A DNA stretch of 64,000 bases from Daphnia carinata (taxonomy: Eukaryota), in assembly GCF_022539665.2 (NCBI RefSeq), contig NC_081331.1:744001-808000 (forward strand), in the 5' to 3' direction. Position numbers and translations under genes: made by a program. The notes below the pieces were generated by a model, which worked only from the letters and a program-made list of their open reading frames with translations, did not search any database and had not been told where the DNA came from. Below are positions 13,201 to 27,400 of this stretch, piece by piece (position 1 is the stretch's first letter; each line of letters opens with the position of its first letter).

Positions 13201-16200
13201 AAAAAAAAAAACGATCGTCGGACTAGCGATGACATTCTCGCATCGTATAAGAAATATTTCGATTATAGGCAAGTCTGGGCGAATGGTTGGGCTGCGGTTG
13301 ACATGAGTCGAAAGACGCCAAACTTTGAAATGGAATTGTAGTAAATGGATATACAGCCAGCATAATAACATATCAAGATATTCCATTTTCACGCGTACTT
13401 TTTTCCATTCCAGTTTTGAAATGTGAGTCCGTGTCAAGATTTATGAGGTGATCAGAATTCACTGGGATCGTCTTCATTCAAGATTAATTTTTTTTTCTTT
13501 GTGAGTAAATCCGTTGGTGAGCGGAAACAGTTGTCAGGCAAAATTAACTTGATAACGGTGAAACGACTAACAAGGAAATTACTAAGACGTCCAGCTGGCA
13601 GCCGGATGATAAGCGCTATGATTCTTATTCTCACTAGCCTCTTCATAATACATTGAGACTTTCATCATTTTATGTCAGGAACAGCCATCATTCTTAAATG
13701 ATGTGGTATGGTGACAATTTTAAATTCGAACACGATCTATCTGTCTTGTAGACAACGACCCCAATATAAAAATGTAAAAACGTCAAAGCGTAAGTGATTG
13801 GTTCTATAAGTCAATGGGTTGGCTATATACGATTACGTTAGAGAAAGAGATAATTAATTACAGCTATTTACCAAGCGTTAAGCATTGACAACTCTGCTGA
13901 TAAATACACAAGTCTAAAGACTTCGTTTGCATGTCTATGAATTATATTCACGTAGCTACACGTTACGTGCTAGACAAGAGCCCCACAGAAAATTTTAATA
14001 ACATCTTCTCAAACGAAATGACGTTTCTCTGCAAATAAATTTCAAGTGGACAGGTATTGGCTGTTAAACACAGTCTCTGTTTTTATCCCACCATCTAGCG
14101 TTTATCACGCTCCAGTATTTATTGGTCAAGCCGGTTGTCGTGTTGACTTCACGCGGTTCGGGCTGTCAACATCGAATGGGGATCGTTGTGCATCCGACAA
14201 TCGATACACTACAATACATTGGTTAAGCTTGTTTTGAAAAAAGACTGTTGACAGGCCAATTTTCCCTCGATAGCTTCCGGAAAAAAAACACGTTCGATAT
14301 CAAACAAGACTGTCTAAATAATCCAAAGTTATTAATCGATTGATGTTAGTCGTCGCAGAACGATAAGTGGGATTTTATATAGAAAAGAGACACAGGGTAT
14401 TTCCTGCTGAACTCGTCGAGACGTGCCGAAACAGAAGTTCACTTTCTGATACCGATGGTACAACTTTTGCCAATGTAATGATCAATTTCGTCGGGGCTTC
14501 GTCTTATTGCCCTCCTATATTTAGAAAGTTCTAAAAAGCCTTTGGCCGTATACAGACAAAAGTATACGAATAAAAAAGGCTTCTCGAGCCCTTGATTGTA
14601 TCGCCGAATGGAGGCATACAACTTTTAAGCGATATCAGAGAAATCCATCCAACATATTATACGATCTACATTAGGAAATGTGTGCCTCGTCCAAATACAC
14701 ATATCAGCTCGATCTCCCCCCCCCCCCCTTCGATGGAGATGATGAGTTCTAATGGGCACGATCTTAGAAGCGCTTGCCCTTATTCGGCGTATGCACTGGT
14801 TGATCGACATGTCAATACCAGGTTGTCCTCACATTCATTGTCAGAAAGGAAATCCTATTTAAATGGCATATTTGAATACCATACCAAGCGAAAGGGTGAA
14901 AATGTGTTCCTCGGTTTGGGCATTTTCAGACGAGAGCTTATGCCAAATAGATGCTCATACATCTCGACTTGAAGCACGTAAATGGGATCAGCGTCTTTAA
15001 GCGTACGACCTTTAAAGCACCGAGCAGTAGTGCTCTTGCTCCCAAGTCTCATTAACTTTCATTCAAAGAAGATTGGCCTGGTTTACCGCCGACCTGCATT
15101 GGCGTGAACGTGTTGGGCAAAAAAAAAAATACGTTACTGGCTCCCTCGTGGGGAATGACATTAGATTGACTTTCGCAGTTCCTGTTTTTAACAAAGGAAA
15201 AGGCTCAATTGCTATCGAGAAAAAGAGATAGATAAGATTGGTAGGGTGAAAATTGTATAAGAAAGGAGTTGAAAAGATGGCTGCACTTTTACATAGGCTA
15301 AATATGATAGCATCCTGAACTTTAAAAGCATTTTGATGTAATCCACGGATATCCGCATATCGATTTTTACTCTGGGTGTAGGAGCTGGAAGAAACAAATG
15401 ACTTGCATTAGAGTTTTTGGAAGGCAGCACGAGATGTTCATAACACCCAACTGAAATTAAGTTCTAAAATGTGCGTTGTACAATGAGCTCTCGAAGGTAC
15501 CTCATTAAATGCAATTGCGTTTTCAACTTGCACAATGAAACTGTTTCAATTCTCAAATGTTTCCAAAATGCTGCGATAACTTCCATGGAAAAGAGTAATA
15601 CCATTGCGTAACTGTTTAAAAGGTCTTCCTCCCCAAAAATTCTTTTTATTTCACGTAACTTCTTTTTATAAAAGCCACTGGGGAGAAATGCTGGTATCTT
15701 TTGCAACGTGTTCGTTTATCGTTTATTTTCTACCACGATCGATCCAAAAGAAGGATACGTCTGGCAAGAATAATGGGATAACGACACCGAACTTAGTGCT
15801 GTTCACTTGTACATCGAAACTTGTCTGAAGACATTTGAATATACAATCGAGGTCGACGCCCTTGATCGAAAATACGCAACTCACGACTGCAGTGCGATAT
15901 GTTTGATGTCCTTTAGCCTGTGATGAAAATGTACTAATTTGCGCTTGATTGTATACGCAGCCATTCTCGACATGGTATGCGAAACGTTCTTGAAACGTAA
16001 CGTCTCGGCCATCTTGTTCTTGTCCAATACCGAGTTGTACGGACGTAACACGGCGGCTGCTCAATATTTTCTGCAGCTGACCAACTACTTGCGAATTCCC
16101 GTCATCGCCTGGAATGCCGACAATTCTGGATTAGAAAAGGTAAATACTTCATTCACAATCCAAATCATATTTTTTTTTTGTTCATTTTGGCAAATGGTGA

Positions 16201-19200
16201 GCTGTCCCATATACCGGGACCTGTTTGAACGTAGACGAATATCCGTCAGTCCGTTGGCCAAGAAATATTAGGCCAAGAATTATCATCAAGTTCGATCGAT
16301 CGTGGCTAAAGCTTCTGTTATAAGCAGAATAACATACTGTGATTATATGCAGACACATAAAGCTTTATACATTATTCTTTAGAACCTTTTTGATGGGTTT
16401 CACGTGTCGCACCCGAGGTGACCACTCACGGCACCTTTGTCTACTGCCAGCTATTGTAATGTGAACCTTTAGATTCATTTCTTTTGCGTTCCTAAAGCTT
16501 CGTCAATGAAGCAACAAGGCCAACCTCTCTTTTTTTTGCGTTGTCCAACGATGATTATTATAAGTAAAAAAAAAAAAAAACAAATGCCAAACACAAAAGA
16601 CCAAGAATTATTGTTCTAAGTTACTTGTAGCCCTACGTCGTTTCTTCTACGTAACACAACGGCGCGGCTTATGCGTTAGTGAAGAAGGAAAGGGAGCATC
16701 TCTTAATCGAGCTGCAAAGTTATGTTAAATGTGGAGACTGTGTCACGAACTAAGTTAAAACGTATGGAGTCATCTGTTTGGGATATGCGGATATCGTGTA
16801 TCATGTCAAAAGGAAGAACAAAACTCGTGACTTTCATATTCTCGCATCCTCCTAATAAATTCATCGATAAAGAATGTTTTAATTGCGCATGATTTATCAG
16901 GGAAAGGCTTAGAAATGGAGGTTTTAGGCGCCCATGTCTCGTGGATAAATACCGTGGACTTCAGGTACAAAAAATGGTATAAATATCCCTCACGACCGCA
17001 GTCTGAAGAAGGATTTAATCATTAAAACCCGATTCAGAAATGAAAGTACTGCATGATAAATGTTAGGTAGAAAACAATTTTCGTTTAATATCCAAGGAAA
17101 TATTGTGAATTCCTTGGTTGGCCATGATCCCTCAAAATAGGAGAATTATTGAAATGCGGAACAGCGTTAAAGGGTCTATCTCCGTTGACGTCTAGAATCA
17201 ATACTTTTCACGAGACACACACAAAAGCTTGCCAGAAGAAAAAAGAAGTATTGTGTATATTACAAAAAGCCAATACACTGAAAGTTGACTTGGTGTTGTC
17301 AGTCCAGCGCAAGATTGAGGTCGAAAAGCCCAGCGGACAATGAATGACAGTGGACCAAAATAAAGGGGAAACGATGACGAAAACCATTTTTTGGATTGGC
17401 CGTTAAATCTGGTTGTTTATCATAACTGTAACGGGAATAAATTAAAGCTGTTTTAAACACTTATTTCGTTTCACGCAAGACTCAATGGCATTCTGCGGAA
17501 CAAGTGTAAATAAAGCTAAACTTGTTCTTCTGCTTCGACAAGGCTGTCTTGGTGACAGCAAACGTTTCCCCTAGTGTTTCTTAAAGCGTATACTAATGTG
17601 GTATCACGGAGACGGCCCGTCTGCAAACGATGTCTTGCATTTTGTTGCAACTGGGCGGAAGGATTGGTTCGATGCCTTATCTATAGTAACGACTCAATTT
17701 AACGACCTGATGACACCGTTGCCAGCCACTATTCGCAAAAATGAACTATTAATTAATTCGCTTTTAATAAAAACAAAGTCACCTAACCTCAGAATAATGT
17801 CCAGCGGTTATGTAAGAACGCCATTGTGCAATGAAAGAGATACAAAGTCGGCAAATTAAACTTTTGCTTTTCACTCGACGTGTTTGTCTACTTGTGCACG
17901 TTTCTCAAACAGAGGAGTGCTGGAAATAATTTGGTCATCCAGCTGGCACCGTCGGCGTTTCATCAGGCCAATGCGATGCTCTCGCTTCTCAAGCGCTACT
18001 CTTGGAAACAATTCTCTATAGTCACATCGACCGTAGCTGGTTACCGTGAATTCATCCAGGCTGTCGCTGAGGCCGCTTACAAATTTGAATCGCACAACAG
18101 TTACAAGTATATTCAAATTACATGAAAATTCACTGATAATTATAACATCTATTTGTTTAATGATTGGATAGGTTCAAAATATTGGGCACAGTTTTGGTAA
18201 ACAATAATGCCAGCAATTTAGGGAGTCTTTTAGGCACCGAAGCGAGGATCTTACTGCTGTATTCGACTCGCGAAGAAGCACGTTCCATTCTGAAGACGGC
18301 TGGACAGATGGGCCTTGCAGGTGACAAGTACGTCTGGATCGTGACGCAGAGCGTTATCGGCAGTACTACAGAATCGCCACCCGAGTTTCCCGTCGGCATG
18401 TTGGGTGAGTTCTTTTGATGAAATCATTCCCTTTTGATCCGGGCAGCCCGACTAGACGTCATTAAAAGAAATGAATTATAATTAACATATTTAAGCAAGG
18501 TAGAACAAGAAATGACGTTAACGACATGTCTTGTGCCACTGTTTTTTTAATGCCATTGAATACATGGATGACGTGAACGTGCTGCACTAATCAGATAACA
18601 GATCGTATTGATTTTGAATTCACAGGTGTCCATTTCGAAACGACAGACAATCAGCTGACCAAAAGCATATCTACTGCTCTCAAAGTGTTTGTCAATGGAG
18701 TGGAGGCCTTTCATCGCGAATCAAATTCGTCCTCTTTGCTCAGTCCGAAAGTTTCATGTGAAGACTCGGCATCAACTTCATCGCGCTGGGCTCAAGGCGA
18801 ACAACTTTTCAAGTCAGTAAACATTTTTGTGTGTCTGTTACTCGGTTATCGAGCCAGATCCATTGCAGTGGGGCACTTAGAGTGTCAAGTTCCCTATTCA
18901 TACGTTTAAGAACTAGATATCAGGTGCAAACGGTAATTTGATCCTATAAAAGCTGGACCCTGTTTCTTGTTTCCACGACGCACGGTGGGGGTGTCACCAA
19001 AAAAAACGAATCAATATTGTCAATTTACACATTTGTCCATTGGCCAAAGCAAACAACAGCGGAAAAACGCAAGTGTTGGTCCAACTGTACGAGTTAACGC
19101 GATTATAGCCTTTACGGTAGTCAAGTTTTCTCGATATAGAAGCATTCGGCTATTGATTTGAGAGAATTCCACGTTAAAACAGTTTTATACTTACGTGGTA

Positions 19201-22200
19201 CACCAAAACTTGAAAAAGAAAAACTTTGCTTTTCCTCCCAGTGGTGCTGCATTTTTTATTTTACCCTTTTCTTATGCTGGACCGGAATTGAATGCGGAAT
19301 TCCTTTTCACTGCGTTTTATGGAAATGAAAGCGGTGGATGCAGAATTCCTTAGAAATATTCTTGATAAGCTTATTTTTCCCCATCATCTTTTCAAGATAT
19401 TTGCAAAATGTGCGCATTGATGTCGATCCCGGCCGACCTCCGTTGGAATTCGACGCCGATGGGACACGCAGTTCGGTCGAGCTGACGATAGTCAATTTGC
19501 AGCCGAGCAATAGCGGTGGATCGGGCAGAGAACTTCTATGGAGACAAGTATGCCTTTTGTTTTCCTAAACAAAAACAAATGAATTTTTATTCTTCTAAAA
19601 CTTAAACTGTTTTCTTTAAATGATTGCGTGTTGGTGATGGCAGATCGGTCATTGGCATTCTTGGAAAAAGGACGGACTTGATATCCAAGATATTGTCTGG
19701 CCCGGTCACAGCCACGTACCACCTGAAGATGGTCCAGATAAGTTTCACTTGAAGGTAGCTTTCTTAGAAGAGCCACCTTTTATTAGCATCGTGCCACCTG
19801 ATCCAGTTAGTGGCCGATGTCCTGTCAGCCACGGAGTACCTTGTCACGTTGGCAACCACGTCCCACTAAACGGGTCAGTCCACGTTCTACACCGTGTTCA
19901 ATGTTGACTTTTTAAAGAAACGTTGATTGAAATTGTTTTGCTCGTTTTAACACGTTTGGATTGACGTCATTCCATGTTCATCGACTAATGCCTAATTTAG
20001 TTTAATTAAGAACTAGAACGTGCAACCTTTCCGAATCAATCAAGTTAAGACTCAACTAGCTCTAATTCAACGTAGATAAGATTTTGAAATATGAAATGGG
20101 TAATTACTGAACTGTTGAGCATGCGGCAGGATTTCGAGTGGTATCTACGTCACGTACCGTGATGATTTGCGTAATCTGCTGTAGTCTAACAAATGAACTG
20201 ACGTGTTTTAGGGAAAGCGATCTGGGACATTCTCCCCGCAATGTCACTCAATGTTGCTCCGGTTTCTGCGTCGATCTACTGGAAAAGTTCAGCGACGATC
20301 TCGGATTTACTTACGAGCTCATCAGGGTAGACGACCCAAAGTTCGGCACTCACGTGGTAACATTTCAAGTAGCATGTTGGACCTTTTTTTTTTTTAATAG
20401 ACGCCCACGAAATTGATGCCGTCAGCCTAGTAGAATATCAACAATGCACTCTATTATACACGGCAAATAACCAGAGGGAATTGCTCTATCAATAATGAAC
20501 CAGAATGGAAGGTGGAACGGGTTAATGGGAGCACTGGCCAATCGTAGAGTGGACATGGTGATGACTTCCTTAACGGTGAACGCCGAGCGTGAGCACGTCG
20601 CTGATTTTACGATTCCTTTTATGGAGACTGGAATCGCAATTTTAGTGGCCAAAAGGACGGGCATCATCTCTCCTACCGCGTTTCTAGGTACACGTCATTA
20701 TTGCGCTCAGTAATAGGGAATTTTTTACGTACAAAAATTTGGATATTTTGAAAACAGAGCCGTTCGATACGGCGTCGTGGCTCCTTGTCGGCGTCGTAGC
20801 CATTCAAGTGGCAGCGTTGGCCATCTTCCTTTTCGAGTGGCTCTCCCCGTCAGGGTACAATATGCAAGTGAGTCACTAGATAATTAATTCAATCAAATTT
20901 CCTCTGAACTCTGATGGCCTAAAATGATTTTAGTTATCGGCCCCAACCAATCAGCGTTTTTCGCTTTTTCGGACCTATTGGCTCGTTTGGGCGATTCTGT
21001 TCCAGGCTTCCGTTAATATCGATTGCCCCAGAGGGTTTACATCTAGGTGAAACAATATATATATTTTTTTTAAATTTCTTTGTTATCAAAAATTGTTCAA
21101 TGCACTTTGAACAGATTCATATCGAACGTTTGGGCCACTTTCGCCGTGGTCTTCTTGGCCATTTACACGGCCAATTTAGCAGCTTTCATGATCACGCGTG
21201 AAGAATTCTACGATCTGAGTGGCGTCGAAGATCCCAGAGTATTTGACGATTTATGGAGCATAGAATTTTTCCTTTTTTGTGTTGACGATTGGCCTTATTG
21301 CCCCGACAGCTAATCAGCCCCAAGAGTCACGAACCTCCGTTCCGTTTCGGCACCGTCTTCAATACTCATACGGAAGCTACGATTCTCAAGCACTACAAAG
21401 AGATGCACTATCACATGCGCAACTACAACCTCAACGAAATAAGCGCCGGCATCGACTCTGTCAAGCGAGGGTAAATAACAGGCGCCCTAGTGCTACGAAA
21501 TGACATCCCCGCATTTATTATTTATTTTTTACCATGGTGTTTTTTCTTGGCTCTGTTTGTTATGGACAATGGCCGAGCTCCAAGAAAGAGCAATTATCAA
21601 TTGCCATCCCACACACAAAAAAGAAATCTATAGCAAACGTAGCGGAAAAAAATTGCATTTGGTCAGTTATTGGCTTGAGAAAAATGGATGTTGGTTCTAT
21701 TGTGGTTTAAAAAAAAAGAAATTGATTGAGACCAAATAAGTTTGGGTACACAATATAGATACGTTTCTTAGTAATCTAATAATCGACGCTACGGACTGAT
21801 CAAATTAAATCAACAAAGAAAATAAAATTTCTCGCTTGTCATCGCTGCCAAAAGTTTTAAAACTATTTGGCTCAATGTTTTTTTTTTTATAGAAGAACAA
21901 CCTTTCGTAATTGAAACTTGTAGTTTGTTTACGTGATCTTATCCTTTGTGTGCACAGTGAATTGGATGCGTTTCTCTACGATGGCGCAGTACTAGACTAC
22001 CTAGTATCCCAGGACGAAGAATGCCGTCTTTTAACTGTCGGATCGTGGGTAAGCCAATCAAATTGTTTGTGTGAATACCTTTGTCGTTCAATGACATTTC
22101 AATTTCCGGCCAGTACGCCATGACAGGTTATGGAGTCGCCTTCCCACGCGGCTCTAAATACGTGGCAGCATTCAACGAAAAACTTCTAGAGTACATTGAA

Positions 22201-23041
22201 AACGGTAAAAGATAAGGAATTTGAAAAGCTAAGTTGGTCATTAACACTTCCGGATGTTCAAGGCGACGTGGATCGATTACGTCGGTTCTGGTTAACAGGA
22301 GTATGCAAACCCTACAAGGAGGAGCGTCAGTTTTCCGAGCCGCTTTCCACTGAGCAATTTCTTTCCGCCTTCTTGTTGCTTCTATCCGGTATCGGATTGG
22401 CCTTTCTTCTGCTCGCTCTCGAGCATATTTATTTCCATTCCATTACGACCCCATCTGACCTCACCGACGACTGGGGCTTGTTGTTCCCTCATTTCCATTG
22501 TAAGTTTGAGCAGCGTTTTCATTATTTGTTGGATGCATATCTCAATGGATTCCGTGATTGTTTAGAACATGGGCAAATCGTTGACGTTCCGCGATGCAGT
22601 TTTCGAGACGCAAGATCGATTGCGGTCTCATCGATGTCGCGACGCTATATGTCGACTTCATCTGCGTCGTTTGAATTTGCAGTTGGACTGCGTAAGATCA
22701 AGAGTCCGCCAACTGGAAAAACAACTCGGCGAAAGCAATCAGTTTATCGGGTAAGGCTATATAGACAGTCCCGAGCAAAGGTTAAATTTCGTTTTGAAAC
22801 GATTTGTTGTAACAGAACTGCAGTAAATGATGAATCGCAATCAGTTGAAGTGGAAAAAAACTTGATTGAATGTCAAGCAACGACTCGGTAAGTTGTTTTT
22901 AGTACATGACTTGTTTGTTGTAGCGTAAAGCATTAATAAATTGTTTGTACGGTACGACCTATAGAGAATTTAATACATTTATGTTCCGTTTGATGCAGCC
23001 AACTGCTGGAAGGAATTCCTGAAATGGAGACCGTCCTATAG
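10221..23041 (+). CDS. Nmdar2: NMDA-type ionotropic glutamate receptor subunit 2 (GluN2/NR2), 19 coding exons; +1 frameshift near 22436-22446 in this sequence
   Basis: Hand-spliced GT-AG exons: 10221-10761, 15961-16139, 17913-18106, 18172-18404, 18626-18812, 19397-19547, 19644-19873, 20212-20356, 20504-20687, 20758-20867, 20934-21046, 21115-21238, 21310-21470, 21958-22048, 22114-22204, 22263-22499, 22566-22750, 22816-22887, 22999-23041. Signal peptide; amino-terminal domain ([18 protein letters not shown]); S1 ([27 protein letters not shown]); M1; pore loop [10 protein letters not shown]3 [16 protein letters not shown]2 ([23 protein letters not shown]); M4; C-terminal EMETVL, a class I PDZ ligand. 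Confidence 0.96.
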
Positions 23042-24898
23042 CGTCCATCGACGGAACATTAGGAATTAATTTTGACTCTCACAATCTAATCACGAGTTTC
23101 TAAGATTACAATCCTGCCAATGGTGCCAACGAAAGGTAAACACGACCCTACCTTCGCAAGGCAGCCATCAAGATTTTTTTCATTGTTGTTTTCCACCGTT
23201 AATGATCAATATAAACAGACGGAAAACGGGCAATAGAACAAGGTGTGCCAGTCAAACGATAAGAAGTCGTATATACCTGTAAATTACGTTCAATACAAAA
23301 CAGGAAAATAAAAATAGGGTGTCCATTTGTGAATAAATTTATTGCCGACGACAGTACACGATTGTGACGCTTGACCGTGATGACGCGTGATCGGTTGTCA
23401 TTACGCACGAAACCAGTTTTTGCCTGAAATTTTCTCCCAGCGCTTGTGTCAGTCAAGAAACATCCAATAGTAAGTGGTTACGGTTAGTAACGGTCTCACG
23501 CACTGTCAGTCTGTTGAATAGACAAACGCCTAGGAAAAATCCCATGACTTTTTCAGTTTCCTGTTGTCAATTTTTTTCACGGATATATTGCTCAGTATGC
23601 ATTGTGGTTCATGATGGCAAGGGTCGTAGCTTTTACAGACGGCATTGGTTATATAAGAACGCGCATATCGAGTTTTATCAAAACGAAAGCGGTTGGCTCA
23701 AACTGAATGCTTCCCCATAAGAAATTATGGCGGTTTCGAATGATGGGAAAACCAATCTAATTTTTGCCACATCTTGCGGTTTGAGTCGGTGATTTTGAAT
23801 ATTAATCGAACACAGTCGGGCAGGTCTTGTGACTGCCACCTCGTCACGCATTTGAACGTGAATTGTTTACACTTCCTCAAACCACGAGTTGATTTGATGT
23901 CTTGTGGGAATGTTTGGGTTGCTAAAAACCCAAACAAACTCTTGTGAATACCCAATAGTCTAAAGTAAATAGTTTGTTGACGTATCGGCTAAAGTAAGGC
24001 TTACTAGAATGAAAATCTACACGGCGCTTGCAATCAAAATCAATTCTTGAATTGATGATGCCACTTAACTATTCATGTTGGTTGTTTCTATTATTGCTTA
24101 CACGTATTCGACTTGGCTATTGCATTCATCAAATTAAGGACATCTCAAGGAATATAGATGCAGCTAATGAAATTAAAACAACCCGGAGAAATAAGTAAGT
24201 CCGACGACTGGTTTAAAGCATGTGAATCTACTGGCCTTGTACGTTATTTAATTTATACACTACCGGAATGAGAAATGTGAACATTTAACTTTGCTAAACC
24301 AATAAGTGCTGTATGGTAAATGACCATTATATTATTCATCACAAAGCGTGACAGCTATAAAATTTGAAATCGATAATATATCCGATTTTAGAAAGCCAAA
24401 AAAGAACAATATCGTCGGGGAATATGTGGATGTCTAAATAAACCACACTTTGTTTTCCAATAATGGATTCGTACCGGATGACTTGGTGTGGCATCAGAAT
24501 ATTAAAAAACTCGCGTAGACGGACGAATGAATGTCAATGCATCTATTAGTAATCAAAAGTTGATGTAGACATGTTTAAGAAGTCTGCATTGTGCGAAGTC
24601 ATGGCTACTCCACAACTAAAAAACACATTATGTATTTGAAAGAAAATCATATAAATAAAGGGACCGACAATGTGGCCAAATCATTCAGCAGACATAGTCT
24701 TTCGTTAACTGATTCAACGCGTTAACTCTCTTAAGAAAACACTGAGCTTACGGGTAAACTTTTGATTTCATTTCCGATAACATCTGTACATAGTACCTCA
24801 GTCTTTTCAATTTTGAAAATCAATCCGACCTAAGTGGTTGCAAAAATCCTGCCGATGAACAATTTTTAACATTTTCTGTATACGATAATTTAAGAAAA

Positions 24899-27400
24899 AT
24901 GAAAAGACCTATTCAAAACGGGCCCAATGGTTCCACCTTACCAGTTGAAGAAACCGAAATAAGTCTGGAATCGAAAGGATCCTATTACGGATGGAAGCGA
25001 AAAGCGGAATCGAAAGTCAAAGGAGCTTGCACCGTCGACCTACTACGAAGACGATTCCCGATCACCAAGTGGTTACCCAACTACAATTGGGACTTTGCCA
25101 TCTATGATTTCATTGCAGGAATTACCGTGGGCCTTACCACTATCCCACAAGGAATCGCATATGCGGCTGTCGCTGGATTACCCTTACAGGTAGAGGATTT
25201 TCATTGGTTTTTCAAAGAGATTTCACACTAATAATCCAGATTTGAACACAGTACGGGCTGTATTCAGCTTTTATGGGTTTATTCGTCTATGTGATCCTGG
25301 GTACTGTCAAACAATGTTCCGTCGGCCCAACAGCCGTTATGTCTTTGATGACGTTCTCATACGCCAGTGCAGGAGGACCTGCGTATGCAATTCTATTGGC
25401 TTTTCTAGGAGGTTGGCTCGAACTTATTGCAGGGCTGTTGAATCTAGGTTATTTAGACTAATTTCTTTGTTCACTTCAGCATTAAAAATGTTGTTTGAAA
25501 AACATAGGATTCATGGTGGAATTCATTTCGGCTCCAGTTATTTCTGGATTTTGTTCGGCTGCTGCTCTAACTGTTTCCTCGACACAAGTGAAAGGCTTGT
25601 TTGGTTTGAAGTTCAAAGGATCTTCATTCGTCGAAACTTGGAAAGGATTTTTCACTAACATAACGAAATGCAGTCCATGGGATTCTGCTCTAGGTTGTTC
25701 CATGATAGTTATTCTTCTCTTGATGCGGGTAATTAATGAAAGTCAAAGTTTTCACGTTAAAGTTTATGAAAGACTTTCCTTTTTTTCTGGCAGAAATTAA
25801 CTTCTTTAAAGAATCTTGGGCCGTTGAAGAAAGTTGCTTTTCTCCGCTATCGGGCGATTGACAGCAGTTTGTGGTTCATTGCAACGAGCCGTAATGCAAT
25901 CGCAGTCATTGCTGGCTGTTTAGCTGCCTACCTCTTGGAACAAAACGGTTCCAAACCATTCACTCTGACAGGTCCATTTTAAATCTTTTTACACCCATCA
26001 ATTTATTTCTTAATTTAATTCTATATGAACAGGTGACATTCAATCGGGACTGCCCCCATTTGGTTTACCTGCTTTCACGGTTAATCGCACGGTGGGTAAC
26101 ACGACAGTTGTTTTGGGATTTTCCGATATTTGTTTGGAACTTGGAGCTGCCATTGGTCTCATTCCGCTCATCGCAATTTTAGAACAAGTTGCCATCGCCA
26201 AGGCTTTTGGTATGACAAATGTGTATATTACATGTCAGAATGTAAGCGTGAGTGATTCATGGTCACAGCCAGTGGCAAGAGGACGGACGCTACACAAGAA
26301 ATGATAGCGTTGGGTGTTGGAACGATCCTCGGCTCTTTCTTCGGTGCCATGCCCGTCACCGCTTCATTTGGACGGAGTTCAGTACAAGCCGCAAGTGGAG
26401 CCAAGACACCCCTAACCAATATTTATGGAGGTTAAAGCTGTTGTAACACAGCGAGGAGATATTGATTATCTTCAACAACGTTTATCTTCTATATTACAGG
26501 CGTCCTGACTTTGCTGGCTTTGGGATTTTTAATGCCATCGTTGGCATACATCCCGAAAGCCATTCTTGCATCTGTCATCATCACGTCCGTCATCTTTATG
26601 GTGGAACTAGAAGAATTGAAACCGATGTGGAAGAGCAGAAGTGAGAACCACAGTGTTTATTATACAAATTCTGCAAAATGAATTTTTTTTTAATCATTAA
26701 AGGGGTTGAGTTATTGCCTTTCGGGGTCACGTTCCTTTGCTGTCTCTTTATCAACATGGAATACGGCATCCTTATTGGAGCTGGCGTCCATTTGCTCTTG
26801 TTAGCTTACATGGGGAATCGCCCTCACCCTAAATTGATCCGACTGCCCGTAAGCCATCTAATAATCCATTTATTTTTCTCACTCTTATTTCACGAATGTG
26901 TTATGAAGGGAAACGAAGTCACCGAGGAAAGAGTTATTGTCAAAGCCGATTGTAATTTGTATTTCCCGGGAGTGGAGAAATTCCGGCGGACCCTCAATGA
27001 AGCCACTGAAGTCGATGCTGAAGGGCGCAGTCCTTGCCTGATGGTCGATCTCTCCAATTTAACAGAAATTGACTACAGCGCCCTAAAGGTATGAACGAAA
27101 AAATATTAAAAGGATATTAAATCTCTTGATTGGTCGATCGGTTTGTTTAGATGCTCAAGTCCGTGGCAGCTGAATGCCACAAAAAAGGACAAACGGTACT
27201 ACATTTCGTCAATGCCACTCCCAAGGTTGCTAAATCTATTGTTTGCACGCTACCTTCTGCTGACATAGCATTTCTACCCAAGGTGAGACTAACGTTTTTG
27301 CACTAAGAAGACACGGGCTGCATAATTTGCAAATCTTGTTGTCAAGGTGGAAAAGGATGATGCCACGGACGATATCCACATGCAAGAAATCACGCCTTAG
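24899..27400 (+). CDS. SLC26A11: SLC26/SulP anion transporter, SLC26A11-like (sodium-independent sulfate transporter), copy A, multi-exon
   Basis: Signature segments RRFPITKWLPNY, DFIAGITVGLTTIPQGIAYAAVAGLP/YGLYSAF, GPTAVMSL, FISAPVISGFCSAAA, AIAKAF, TASFGRSSV; C-terminal STAS-like region (LYFPGVEKFR, IDYSALK). Short GT-AG introns. Last exon 27347-27400 reads VEKDDATDDIHMQEITP*. Confidence 0.92.
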
